Assembly (NCBI GenBank): GCA_045656205.1
Contig: JAZOQS010000064.1
Location: 1-34,037 of the forward strand
DNA length: 34,037 nt
DNA from: Clostridia bacterium
Lineage (GTDB): Bacteria; Bacillota; Clostridia; RUG12999
Direction of reading: 5' to 3'
Notes under the pieces: generated by a model
Seen by the model: only the letters and a program-made list of their open reading frames with translations
Database searches by the model: none
Told to the model about the DNA's origin: nothing
Shown here: positions 24,903 through 34,037 of the stretch, piece after piece
Position numbering within the stretch: position 1 is the stretch's first letter
Layout of the letters: each line of letters begins with the position of its first letter
Position numbers and translations under genes: made by a program

Positions 24903-25442
24903 GTGAATATAGGCCGAAAGATTAAAAGACTCAGACAGGAAAAAAATCTCACTCAGGATGAACTTGCACTTCGTTGCGAGCTGTCCAAGGGATTTATTTC
25001 CCAGCTTGAAAGGGATTTAACCTCCCCAAATTTGTCAACTCTTGCCGACATTTTAGAGTCGCTTGGCATAACGCTGAGTGAATTTTTCAGTGAAGATGTT
25101 GATGAAAAAATTGTTTTCAGCGAAAATGACTATTTTGAGGCAGAAAACGAAGAAATGGGCTATTCTGTCGAATGGATAATTCCCAATGCACAGAAAAACG
25201 AAATGGAACCCATAATGCTCACCTTAAAGCCGGGCGGTGCCTATAAAGAAGAAACCGCTCACAGCGGTGAGGAATTCGGCTATGTAATCTGCGGAAGCAT
25301 TACTTTGCACCTTGGCGGCAAAAAATATAAAGCCAAAAAAGGTGAATGTTTCTGTTATAAACCAAACAACAACCACTACATTTCCAATAGCGGAAAAACG
25401 GTTGCAAAGATACTCTGGGTGTCTTCACCACCGTCATTTTAA
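24903..25442 (+). CDS. XRE-family HTH transcriptional regulator with a C-terminal cupin domain
   Basis: N-terminal HTH_3 region (IKRLRQEKNLTQDELALRCELSKGFISQLERD) and a cupin_2-like C-terminus (HSGEEFGYVICGSITLHLGG). It starts at GTG with AGGTG upstream. Confidence 0.85.
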   Translation: MNIGRKIKRLRQEKNLTQDELALRCELSKGFISQLERDLTSPNLSTLADILESLGITLSEFFSEDVDEKIVFSENDYFEAENEEMGYSVEWIIPNAQKNEMEPIMLTLKPGGAYKEETAHSGEEFGYVICGSITLHLGGKKYKAKKGECFCYKPNNNHYISNSGKTVAKILWVSSPPSF

Positions 25443-25458
25443 TATTCAGGAGAACTAA

Positions 25459-26832
25459 ATGTTTAAGGAAATACTTCTTCCGGGCAGCGCCTTTACAAAA
25501 CATGCAGTAAGTCTTGCTCTCCCGGTGTTTTTACAGAATTTTATAACCTTTGTCCTCGGTATGATGGACGTTATTCTGCTTCAGGGCAAGGGCGATGTTG
25601 CCGTTGCATCTGTAAGTATGGCAAACCAGGCATTCTTTTGCGTCAACCTTTTAATTTTCGGTATCGCAAGCGGAAGTTCGGTTCTGATATCTCAATTCCG
25701 CGGCGGAAAAGATTTGCCATCCATGCGCAAAGTCGTAATTATCGCAATGGGTGCTATGCTTATTCTGATGTTACCGCTTGTGACTTTCTTTACAGCCTTT
25801 CCCGAAACTGCACTTAAAATAATGACTTCCGAGGCGGAACTTGTTCATGCAGGCAAATCCTACGTAAGAATTGTCGCACCGTCATTTATTTTCAGCGGGA
25901 TATCTTATGTTTTTGCATCTCTTTTAAGATGTACTGACAGACCAAGACAACCTCTTGCGGCAAGTGTAACCGCAATAACCATAAACACAACATTAAACTA
26001 CATACTGATCTACGGAAAACTGGGACTTCCCGAAATGGGTATTAACGGTGCAGCAATTGCAACAGTTATCTCCAGAGTAATCGAAACACTTTTAATCCTC
26101 TCCTTTGTCTATATGAGCAAAGACAGGGAAGCAAAAGTAACCCCTCGCGACCTGAATGGTTTTTCAACCGCACATATCAGGAAATTTTTTGTAATATCAC
26201 TCCCCATCATCATCAGCGAATTTTCGTGGGGACTTTGCAATACTGCATACTCTGCCATTTACGGCAGAATGGGAACAGCTACGGTGGCTGCCATGAGCGT
26301 TGCGAATGTTATCTATCAGGCATTTGCTACTCTCCCCAACAGCATCGGCTATACTTCGGCAATCATTCTCGGTCATCTTCTGGGTGCAGAGAAATTTGAT
26401 GAAGCCAAAAACCGCGCACACACACTTTCAGTTTATTCCATACTGCTGGGTATGGTAATGGGCGGAGTAATGATTGTTTGCGCTCCATTCTTCACCGGAA
26501 CACTTTTTGGTGCTCTGAGCGTTGAGGTAACATCTCTTGCAATATCTTTTATTGTGGTTTTTGCTTGTTACCTTCCTCTGCAAACCTACCTGTTCACAAT
26601 GATATCGGGAATCCTCCGAAGTGGCGGAGACACCACTTTCGGTGCCTTCTTGGACCTTCTCCCAATGGTATTCATCGGTATTCCTGCCGGAATAATTTTC
26701 GGCATTGTTTTAAAGCTTAACCCCGTTTTTGTGGTTGCCCTTATGTATACAGACGGTATTGTAAAAGGTATTGTCGGATTTTTCCGGGTAATGAGATATA
26801 AATGGGTCAGAAAAATAGAATCAGCAAAATAG
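25459..26832 (+). CDS. MATE family efflux transporter
   Basis: 457 aa with about 12 TM segments and the typical MATE N-terminus (LALPVFLQNFITFVLGMMDVILL). AGGAG lies upstream. Confidence 0.85.
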   Translation: MFKEILLPGSAFTKHAVSLALPVFLQNFITFVLGMMDVILLQGKGDVAVASVSMANQAFFCVNLLIFGIASGSSVLISQFRGGKDLPSMRKVVIIAMGAMLILMLPLVTFFTAFPETALKIMTSEAELVHAGKSYVRIVAPSFIFSGISYVFASLLRCTDRPRQPLAASVTAITINTTLNYILIYGKLGLPEMGINGAAIATVISRVIETLLILSFVYMSKDREAKVTPRDLNGFSTAHIRKFFVISLPIIISEFSWGLCNTAYSAIYGRMGTATVAAMSVANVIYQAFATLPNSIGYTSAIILGHLLGAEKFDEAKNRAHTLSVYSILLGMVMGGVMIVCAPFFTGTLFGALSVEVTSLAISFIVVFACYLPLQTYLFTMISGILRSGGDTTFGAFLDLLPMVFIGIPAGIIFGIVLKLNPVFVVALMYTDGIVKGIVGFFRVMRYKWVRKIESAK

Positions 26833-26840
26833 GTGATTAA

Positions 26841-29800
26841 ATGTATTTCAAAAGCATAACACTTCAGGGTTTTAAATCTTTTGCAGACAAAACCGTCCTT
26901 GACTTCAAGGGCGGTGTCACTGCTATTGTCGGACCTAACGGAAGCGGCAAAAGTAACATTTCCGATGCAATCCGCTGGGTAATGGGCGAAATGAGCGCTA
27001 AATCTCTCCGTGGTTCCAAAATGGAAGATGTTATTTTCTGCGGAAGTGAAAAGCGTAAACCTCTCGGATTTGCAGAAGTTACCATTACCATGGATAACTC
27101 GGACAAGTCTCTTAAACTTGATTTTGACGAGGTAAGCGTTACCCGCCGTGTTTACCGTAGCGGCGAAAGTGAATATTACATAAACAAAGCGGCCTGCAGA
27201 CTCAAAGATATCCACGAGCTTTTTATGGACACAGGTCTGGGCAAGGACGGTTATTCAATTATCGGTCAGGGTAAAATTGACGCTATCTTAAGTGCAAAAT
27301 CGGACGAACGCCGTCACGTTTTTGACGAAGCGGCTGGTATATCCAAATTCCGTTACCGTAAGATTGAAGCCGAACGCAAACTTGAAACCACAAATGACAA
27401 TCTGCTCCGCGCAAATGATATTATTGCAGAGCTTGAGTCACAGCTTGAGCCTCTTAAAAAACAGGCAGAAAAAGCCAAGGAATATCTTGAACTGCGCGAA
27501 ATACTCAAGAAAAACGAAATCAACCTCTGGCTGATTGACATAGATAAAAATAAAGAACTTTTATCCGTCGCAAAAAAAGACCATAACATTGTTGCAGAAA
27601 ACATTGCTTCCCTTGAAGAAAGCATAAAGTCAACAGAAGAGAAACTCGCTCAGCTTAAAGAACAGAGCCGCAAAAACGACTCGGCTATTGATGCACTCCG
27701 CGCAGAAATTTTCAGAAAGCGCGAAGAAATCACAAAATCGGAAAGCGAAGCTGAAATTATAAAATCAAACGTTGAACATTCATCTCAGGATGCGCTTCGC
27801 ATTTCGGGTGAAATTGACCTGCTTAAAAATCAGCTCTCCGAGCTTAACCAGTCTCTTGAAGAAAAAACTGCTCAGCACCTTGAGTTCACCGCCCGCTATG
27901 ACAAGGCTAAAGAAAAAGTGGCGCTCTGCCGCTCAAAACTTGCTGAAATTTCAGGTAAAATCAGCGCCGCAAGAGAGGGCGCATCAACCGCTGACGCGGA
28001 TTCCGATTCAATAAACCAGCAACTTTTCGACCTTGGCGCACAGGTAGCGGCTAAAAAGCAGCTTGTTATGTCGCAGGCGGACCGTATTGCCGAGCTTAAA
28101 AAAGAACTTGACGACGCAAATAAAAAATATGCGGAGAAAAAGGAAGTTTCCGATATGCTCAAAGGCAAATCTTCCCGCCTTGCAGACCGGATGTCATCTC
28201 TCCAGCAAACATTTGATTCCGCCAAGACTCTTGCAGAAAAAACTGCAGGGCAGCTGGAAAACTTTAAAAACGAAATATCGCAGGACGAAACCCGTCTTGC
28301 TACTTTAGAAAACCGCAAAAAAATCCTCACCGACCTTGAAAATAACTTTGACGGGTTTGCAGGCAGTGTAAAAGCTGTTATGAAATCCCATCAGGCAGGT
28401 GAACTTAAAGGAAGTAAAATTTTCGGTCCCGTATCATCTCTTATCAATACGGACGGAAAATATGTCCACGCCATAGAGGCAGCTCTTGGTGCGGCAAACA
28501 ACCATATTGTCACACAGACCGAGGAGGATGCCAAATCCGCAATCGCATACCTTAAAAAATCCTCAGGAGGCAGAGCAACTTTTCTGCCCATGTCGGCAAT
28601 GAACCCCAAACCCTTTGAGGATAAAGGCGTATCCTCCATGAAAGGCTACATTGGCATAGCATCAGACCTTGCATCCTTCGACAAAAAATTCTCCCCAGTA
28701 ATAGAACATCTTCTGGGCAGAGTGGTTGTTGCCGAAAACATAGATGCGGCAGTTGATATAGCAAAAAAACATTCATACTCTTTTAAAATAGTGACACTTC
28801 AGGGTGACACTGTAAACGCAGGCGGCAGTATCTCGGGCGGCAGCGTTTCAAAATCGGGCAGTCTGTCCAGACGTGACGAGATTGAAACCATCTCCTCACA
28901 GATTGTTACTCTTGAAAAAGAACTCAAAGAAAAACGTAGCAAGCTCGAAAGTATCATTTCCTCATCGGAAAAAGCTCAGGCAGAGCAGGAAAGTGCTTCA
29001 AGGCTTTTATGGGATACCCGTCGTGAGCTGGCAGAACATTCTGCTGCTGTGAAGCACACACAGGAAGCTCTTGATGAATCTGAAAATCATCTCAAAATAT
29101 TAAAAGTTGCCCTTGACGATGCCGAGAGAATAAAATCAGATGCAGAGGCTTTTGAAAAAACAGTTGCCGAAACATCCGCATCGCTCAACTTAAAACTTGA
29201 AGAAAATGCAAAACAGCGCAGCGGCGCAGAATCCACCTTAACCGCACTTCAGGATGAATTCACAGCCCAGACGGAACTGCTCAACCAGCTCACCGCAAAC
29301 GCAGTTTCCACCGAAAAGGATGTTGAAATGTGTTCTGCACTGCTCAGCAGTGTGAAAGCAGAAATTGCTTCCGCTACGGCACTTGTTTCGCAGAAAACAG
29401 CATCAATTGAAGAATGCAGTAAAAACAGTGGTGCGCTTCTTGAAAAAGCTGAAGAATTAAAATCCCGCGCACAGTCTCTCCGCGAGGAAATAGCAAAAGA
29501 CGAAAAAACTCTCGAGGACTTAAGCGGCCTTAAAGAAAACAGCAACACAGCCATTGACGATGCACAGGCACTTTTAAAATCGCATAACGAAACCGCTTTT
29601 AGACTTCAGGGCGAAGAGGGAAGACTTATGTCCCGCGTGACAAAGCTTGAATCGGAAAGCGAAAATATCCTGGCTCGTCTCTGGGAGGGATATGAGCTTA
29701 CATATTCAACCGCACTTCCCTACCGTGATGAAAATGTGGATTATTCTGCTTTGCAGAAAGATGTTGCATCCCTTAAAAATAAAATGCGCTCAATGGGTAA

Positions 29801-30392
29801 TATTAACATTGGTGCTATTGAGGACTATAAAAACACAAAAGAACGGTATGATTTCCTGACCGAACAACGCGAAGACATTTTAAAAGCAAAATCTCAGCTT
29901 GAACAGCTTATTGAAGAAATGGTCAAAGTAATGACCGAAATGTTCAAACAGAATTTTGAAGTGCTGAGCAAAAATTTCTCGGAAACTTTCCGCGAGCTTT
30001 TTGGCGGCGGACGGGCATCACTCTCCCTTTCAACGCCTGATGATATTTTAGAAAGCGGTGTCGAAATTGAGGTTCAGCCTCCGGGCAAAAACCTCCAGAG
30101 TATAACACTTCTGTCGGGTGGAGAAAAAGCATTTACCGCAATTGCACTTATTTTCTCAATCCTTAAAATCTCGCCAACTCATTTCTGCATCTTTGACGAA
30201 ATCGAGGCGGCGCTTGACGATGTAAACGTGTTCAGATTTGCAGAATTTTTGCGCAAACTTTCCAAAAAAACACAGTTTATCGTTATTACACACCGTAAAG
30301 GTACAATGGAATCCGCCGATACTCTCTATGGCGTAACCATGCAGGAAAAAGGTATCACACGCCTGCTTTCCCTTGAACTTGATAAAATTTAA
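26841..30392 (+). CDS. smc: Chromosome segregation protein SMC
   Basis: 1183 aa. Features are Walker A GPNGSGKSN, long coiled coils, a hinge, the signature LSGGEK, and Walker B FCIFDEIEAALD. Confidence 0.96.
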   Translation: MYFKSITLQGFKSFADKTVLDFKGGVTAIVGPNGSGKSNISDAIRWVMGEMSAKSLRGSKMEDVIFCGSEKRKPLGFAEVTITMDNSDKSLKLDFDEVSVTRRVYRSGESEYYINKAACRLKDIHELFMDTGLGKDGYSIIGQGKIDAILSAKSDERRHVFDEAAGISKFRYRKIEAERKLETTNDNLLRANDIIAELESQLEPLKKQAEKAKEYLELREILKKNEINLWLIDIDKNKELLSVAKKDHNIVAENIASLEESIKSTEEKLAQLKEQSRKNDSAIDALRAEIFRKREEITKSESEAEIIKSNVEHSSQDALRISGEIDLLKNQLSELNQSLEEKTAQHLEFTARYDKAKEKVALCRSKLAEISGKISAAREGASTADADSDSINQQLFDLGAQVAAKKQLVMSQADRIAELKKELDDANKKYAEKKEVSDMLKGKSSRLADRMSSLQQTFDSAKTLAEKTAGQLENFKNEISQDETRLATLENRKKILTDLENNFDGFAGSVKAVMKSHQAGELKGSKIFGPVSSLINTDGKYVHAIEAALGAANNHIVTQTEEDAKSAIAYLKKSSGGRATFLPMSAMNPKPFEDKGVSSMKGYIGIASDLASFDKKFSPVIEHLLGRVVVAENIDAAVDIAKKHSYSFKIVTLQGDTVNAGGSISGGSVSKSGSLSRRDEIETISSQIVTLEKELKEKRSKLESIISSSEKAQAEQESASRLLWDTRRELAEHSAAVKHTQEALDESENHLKILKVALDDAERIKSDAEAFEKTVAETSASLNLKLEENAKQRSGAESTLTALQDEFTAQTELLNQLTANAVSTEKDVEMCSALLSSVKAEIASATALVSQKTASIEECSKNSGALLEKAEELKSRAQSLREEIAKDEKTLEDLSGLKENSNTAIDDAQALLKSHNETAFRLQGEEGRLMSRVTKLESESENILARLWEGYELTYSTALPYRDENVDYSALQKDVASLKNKMRSMGNINIGAIEDYKNTKERYDFLTEQREDILKAKSQLEQLIEEMVKVMTEMFKQNFEVLSKNFSETFRELFGGGRASLSLSTPDDILESGVEIEVQPPGKNLQSITLLSGGEKAFTAIALIFSILKISPTHFCIFDEIEAALDDVNVFRFAEFLRKLSKKTQFIVITHRKGTMESADTLYGVTMQEKGITRLLSLELDKI

Positions 30393-30405
30393 CGAGGTAA
30401 ATCAA

Positions 30406-31308
30406 ATGGCATTTTTCGATAAGTTAAAACAAAGTCTTACAAAGACAAAAAATTCTTTTACAGAAAAAATTGACAGTGTCTTAAGTGCATTCCACAAGGT
30501 GGATGAAGACCTTATGGAAGAACTTGAGGAAGCGCTTATCTGTGCCGATGTAGGCGCAGTAACATCCATGGAAATTATTGACCGTCTGCGCGACAAGGTC
30601 AAAGAGGACCGCATAGCTGAGGTCTCCGAAGTAAAAAATGCACTCGCAGACATTATTTCGGATATGATGACCAAAGAAACGGAAGAACCCTCTTCGGCTA
30701 AAGAGCTTATTCTGGTTATTGGTGTAAACGGCGCAGGTAAAACCACCTCTGCCGCAAAGCTTGCTTACAGATTTAAAGAAGAAGGTAAATCTGTTCTTCT
30801 TGCCGCTGCCGACACATTCCGTGCAGCTGCAATAGACCAGCTTCAGGTCTGGGCGGACAGATGCGGTGTTGACCTTATAAAGCAGGCAGAAGGGTCCGAC
30901 CCTGCAGCAGTTGTTTTTGATGCACTTGCAGCAGCAAAAAGCCGCGGCACCGACGTGCTTATAGTAGATACTGCCGGCAGACTCCATAACAAGAAAAATC
31001 TTATGGAAGAGCTTCGCAAAATTCTTCGTATAGCTTCGGAAAAATTCCCCGAAGCCAAAAAAGAAGTTCTTTTGGTTTTAGATGCGGGTGCAGGTCAGAA
31101 TGCACTTTCACAGGCAAAGCTTTTCGGTGAGCTTGGTGAAATTACCGGCATAATACTCACAAAGCTTGACGGTACAGCCAAAGGCGGCGTTATTATCGGA
31201 ATAAGCAGTGAACAGCAAATTCCCGTTAAATATATCGGTCTTGGCGAAAGCATTGATTCTCTTGAAAGATTCAAACCGGACGAGTTCGCAAAAGCACTTT
31301 TTGAATAG
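30406..31308 (+). CDS. ftsY: Signal recognition particle receptor FtsY
   Basis: GVNGAGKTT, DTAGR and TKLDGTAKGG motifs. The start was trimmed to ATG 30406 (MAFFDKLK), with GAGG upstream. It shows the classic smc-ftsY synteny. Confidence 0.94.
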   Translation: MAFFDKLKQSLTKTKNSFTEKIDSVLSAFHKVDEDLMEELEEALICADVGAVTSMEIIDRLRDKVKEDRIAEVSEVKNALADIISDMMTKETEEPSSAKELILVIGVNGAGKTTSAAKLAYRFKEEGKSVLLAAADTFRAAAIDQLQVWADRCGVDLIKQAEGSDPAAVVFDALAAAKSRGTDVLIVDTAGRLHNKKNLMEELRKILRIASEKFPEAKKEVLLVLDAGAGQNALSQAKLFGELGEITGIILTKLDGTAKGGVIIGISSEQQIPVKYIGLGESIDSLERFKPDEFAKALFE

Positions 31309-31319
31309 GCGGTGTTAAT

Positions 31320-34037
31320 ATGACAAAACAAAAGAAAAAAGATTATATCGGCTCTGTTAAAATCAAACACAAAGGTCTCTGGATTACACTTCTCGTCCTT
31401 TTTCTTTTAGGATGTGCAGCAATTGCAGGTGTAAATATTTATGCAAACGCCTTAAATATTACAGAAATTGGCGAAAAATACCTTTCCACTTATATTAAGG
31501 ACATAAAACTTGGTGCGCTCTGCTATGCTGTTGCGTTTATTTTCAGCATGATATGTTTCTCGGCGACCAGCTTTATAATTAAACGCAATTTGTTAAAATG
31601 GGAAAATTCAGCAACATTCCTCACCTCAAAAACCGGATTTTTGGGGCTGAATGCAACTCTCTCATTTATAATAACCTGCGCTCTTCCCTACAATCTCCCC
31701 CGACTTATAATGATGGCTGCAAATCCGACTTGGTTTATTCATGCTGACCCGGTTTTCGGGAAAAATGTGGGATACTATGTTTTCCAAAGACCGCTGTTTG
31801 TTGAGATTTCAAATTGGTCATTTATGTTTCTTGCCCTTGTTCTTATATACATGCTCACTGTGTATTTTATGTTTTATGCAAGAAACGGTGCCGGCGGATT
31901 TAAAGTATTTTTAAAACAGCCTCAGATAGTGGGCCATGTTGGTCTTGTTATCCTCTCTATTTACATTTTAACTGCCGTTTCCGCAGGTTTCTCCTCGGAA
32001 TATATGCTTCTTGACAACACTCTCACAAAATCTGGCGGCGGATTTACTGATGTGATGGTGTGGGCAAACTTCTATAAATTCCTCCCCTTCCTGGTAGGAA
32101 TCATTGTGATAACCGCAATTGTATTATTAATAAAAAAACGACCCGTTCAGCTTATTTATACATTGCTTTCCTACCCTGCGGTATGGATTCTTATTACAGT
32201 TTATGCCCTCGGAGTTCAGTCTTTTTATGTAAGCCCCAACAAAGCAACAATTGAAAGACCCTACATAAAATATCGCATTGAGGGAACAACTCAGGCATAC
32301 GGGCTTGACGCTGTGGACGAAAAAACTTTCTCCCCCGATGGCAAAATAACTGCTGAAACCGTTTCAGCCAATTTGGAGCAAATTGAAAATATTATTGTTA
32401 CAGATGAGCAAAGCGCTCTTAATATGTTAAACCAGCTTCCCGATTCAAAACAGTTCTATCTGTTTAAGGATGCTGACCTTGTTCCCACAACCTCTCGTGA
32501 CAATCTGTCTGCAAAATATTCTTCTGCAAGAGAAATTTTCCTCCCTGCAGAAAACAAAACCTTAAATGAATACAACAACAGAAAAATGAGATATACCCAC
32601 GGGTTTGGTGTTGGCAAAGTCGCTTCCGCCGCTCCCGAAACCCATGTAATATATGACAGTAACCAGGCTCCCGGCTCACAGCCGAGAATTTATTTTGGCG
32701 AAAGCGAAAAGGATTTCAAAAAAGATTATATAATCACAGGCACCTCTCTCGGTGAGTTTGACGGATTCAAAGATAACGGAAGCTATGTTTATGACGGCCC
32801 TGCCGGAGTAAAACTGAATCTTTTCAGTCGCATTTTATATGCTTTCAGATATCAGGACCCCTCCATTCTCTTCTCGGGCAATATAACGGAAGATTCAAAA
32901 ATTCTCTTCAACAGAAATGTTATTGAGCGTGCAAAAATCGCGTTGCCATTCCTTTCGTTTGACAATGACCCCTACCTTGTAGAAGCGTCTGACGGAAGCC
33001 TGAAATGGATTCTGGACGGATATACAACAACCAACAATTATCCCTATGCAGTAAAACTTTATAATATTGACGAAGACTTTGGCACAAACTACATCCGCAA
33101 CTCGGTGAAAGTAACTGTCGATGCCTATACAGGCGAAGTCCTTGCTTATATTACCGACTGGGATGACCCCATCATAAGAACAGTAAGCAATATCTATCCC
33201 GAAGCATTCCTCACAGGTCCGCTTCCCGAAGAAATTGCTTCACACCTGAAATATCCGAAAACGCTGTTTGAAATGCAGTCAAACATTTATAAAACTTACC
33301 ATGACACAAATCCGGCAGAGTTTTATACTGGCGAAAACGCCTGGGAATATGCAATGAGTAAATCGGGCGAATCTTCAACCGTAAAAAGTCTTACTCCCTA
33401 TTATCAGACTTTAATAAATGATGCCGGCACAAAAGAACTTGTTTTGATTGCTCCATTTACCCCGGCAGGAAATTCAGAAAATCTGACTTCTCTTCTGATT
33501 GCATCATCAGGCTCGGAAAATTACGGAAAACTTTCGCTCTACACTTTCCCGAAAAACACCCGTATTTCCGGCACAATGCAGATTGAAAGCCGTATTGAAG
33601 CTGACAAAGTTATAGCCGAAGAAATTGAACTTTTAAAATCTGAAGGTTCCGTCATATACGGTCCTCTTACCGTACTTCCGGTTATGGATACTATTTGCTA
33701 TATAAAACCCGTATATGTTAACAATGGCTCACTTCAGCTCAAACGTGTTATGGTAATCTGCGGCGAAACCATCGCGATGGATGTCAGTTTGCCTGCTGCT
33801 TTCCGTAAACTTGCTTCTCTCAGCCCCAAATCAGACTATTCTTTCCTCCCTTCGGCAAATGAGCCTGAAGAGGAAGAAACAACAACAGACCAGTACAATT
33901 CCCTTGTTGTTTCCGCACTTGATAAATACAGTGAGGCAAAACAGTTCCAGGCAGAGGGTGACTGGGTTAACTACGGTAAAGCAATGGAAGATTTTGAATA
34001 TATTTTAGATGAAATACGCTATGATATAAATTATCCG
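31320..34037 (+). CDS. UPF0182 (COG1615) family large membrane protein; 5' 906 codons, gene continues past the window end
   Basis: The frame is open from ATG 31320 to 34037 and is not in the track because it has no stop. The N-terminal third has multiple TM helices with the family-like motif HADPVFGKNVGYYVFQRPLF, followed by a long soluble region. Spot translations at 32460 and 33960 showed no stops. Confidence 0.7.
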   Translation, partial: MTKQKKKDYIGSVKIKHKGLWITLLVLFLLGCAAIAGVNIYANALNITEIGEKYLSTYIKDIKLGALCYAVAFIFSMICFSATSFIIKRNLLKWENSATFLTSKTGFLGLNATLSFIITCALPYNLPRLIMMAANPTWFIHADPVFGKNVGYYVFQRPLFVEISNWSFMFLALVLIYMLTVYFMFYARNGAGGFKVFLKQPQIVGHVGLVILSIYILTAVSAGFSSEYMLLDNTLTKSGGGFTDVMVWANFYKFLPFLVGIIVITAIVLLIKKRPVQLIYTLLSYPAVWILITVYALGVQSFYVSPNKATIERPYIKYRIEGTTQAYGLDAVDEKTFSPDGKITAETVSANLEQIENIIVTDEQSALNMLNQLPDSKQFYLFKDADLVPTTSRDNLSAKYSSAREIFLPAENKTLNEYNNRKMRYTHGFGVGKVASAAPETHVIYDSNQAPGSQPRIYFGESEKDFKKDYIITGTSLGEFDGFKDNGSYVYDGPAGVKLNLFSRILYAFRYQDPSILFSGNITEDSKILFNRNVIERAKIALPFLSFDNDPYLVEASDGSLKWILDGYTTTNNYPYAVKLYNIDEDFGTNYIRNSVKVTVDAYTGEVLAYITDWDDPIIRTVSNIYPEAFLTGPLPEEIASHLKYPKTLFEMQSNIYKTYHDTNPAEFYTGENAWEYAMSKSGESSTVKSLTPYYQTLINDAGTKELVLIAPFTPAGNSENLTSLLIASSGSENYGKLSLYTFPKNTRISGTMQIESRIEADKVIAEEIELLKSEGSVIYGPLTVLPVMDTICYIKPVYVNNGSLQLKRVMVICGETIAMDVSLPAAFRKLASLSPKSDYSFLPSANEPEEEETTTDQYNSLVVSALDKYSEAKQFQAEGDWVNYGKAMEDFEYILDEIRYDINYP

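Noticed and set aside
1-34037. I searched intergenic regions by eye for CRISPR arrays, tRNA/rRNA genes, transposases/IS ends, toxin-antitoxin pairs and known defence-system signatures.
   Set aside because: Intergenic regions are short. No spaced direct repeats, cloverleaf-capable segments or nuclease/ATPase defence-type ORFs were seen. All ORFs of 60 aa or more are accounted for by housekeeping genes, phage structural genes or shadow frames.

Overview
This is a 34-kb chromosomal window from a Firmicute, most likely a Clostridia-class anaerobe. That placement is an inference from the Rnf complex, the DUF512-der-plsY synteny, TepA, and GGAGG-type Shine-Dalgarno (SD) sites. The left block (1-8620, mostly minus strand) holds murJ (partial), plsY, der, a DUF512 radical-SAM/PDZ protein, rpmF, a DUF177 protein, metA, tepA (plus strand), a HAD hydrolase and a glycerol-1-phosphate-dehydrogenase-like gene. 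The centre (8683-19718, all minus strand) is an 11-kb SPP1/A118-style siphovirus virion and lysis module: portal, scaffold, major capsid, connectors, major tail, Gp15-like chaperone, a very short tape measure, Dit, a Gp37/Tal-like hub, small fibre candidates, holin and amidase endolysin. The right block (19924-34037, all plus strand) holds rnfCDGEAB, an XRE-cupin regulator with a MATE exporter, smc, ftsY and the 5' part of a UPF0182 membrane protein. I saw no rRNA, tRNA, CRISPR array or transposase. The main item is the phage-like module. Every ORF is intact and tightly coupled, but it has no terminase, integrase, repressor, replication gene or evident promoter, and it sits directly between core operons. 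It is either a freshly truncated prophage or a domesticated, trans-dependent particle locus (GTA-like or killer-particle-like). Several ORF-track starts were trimmed to SD-supported start codons. Two open-ended genes (murJ, UPF0182) and one 51-aa ORF are missing from the track and were added.
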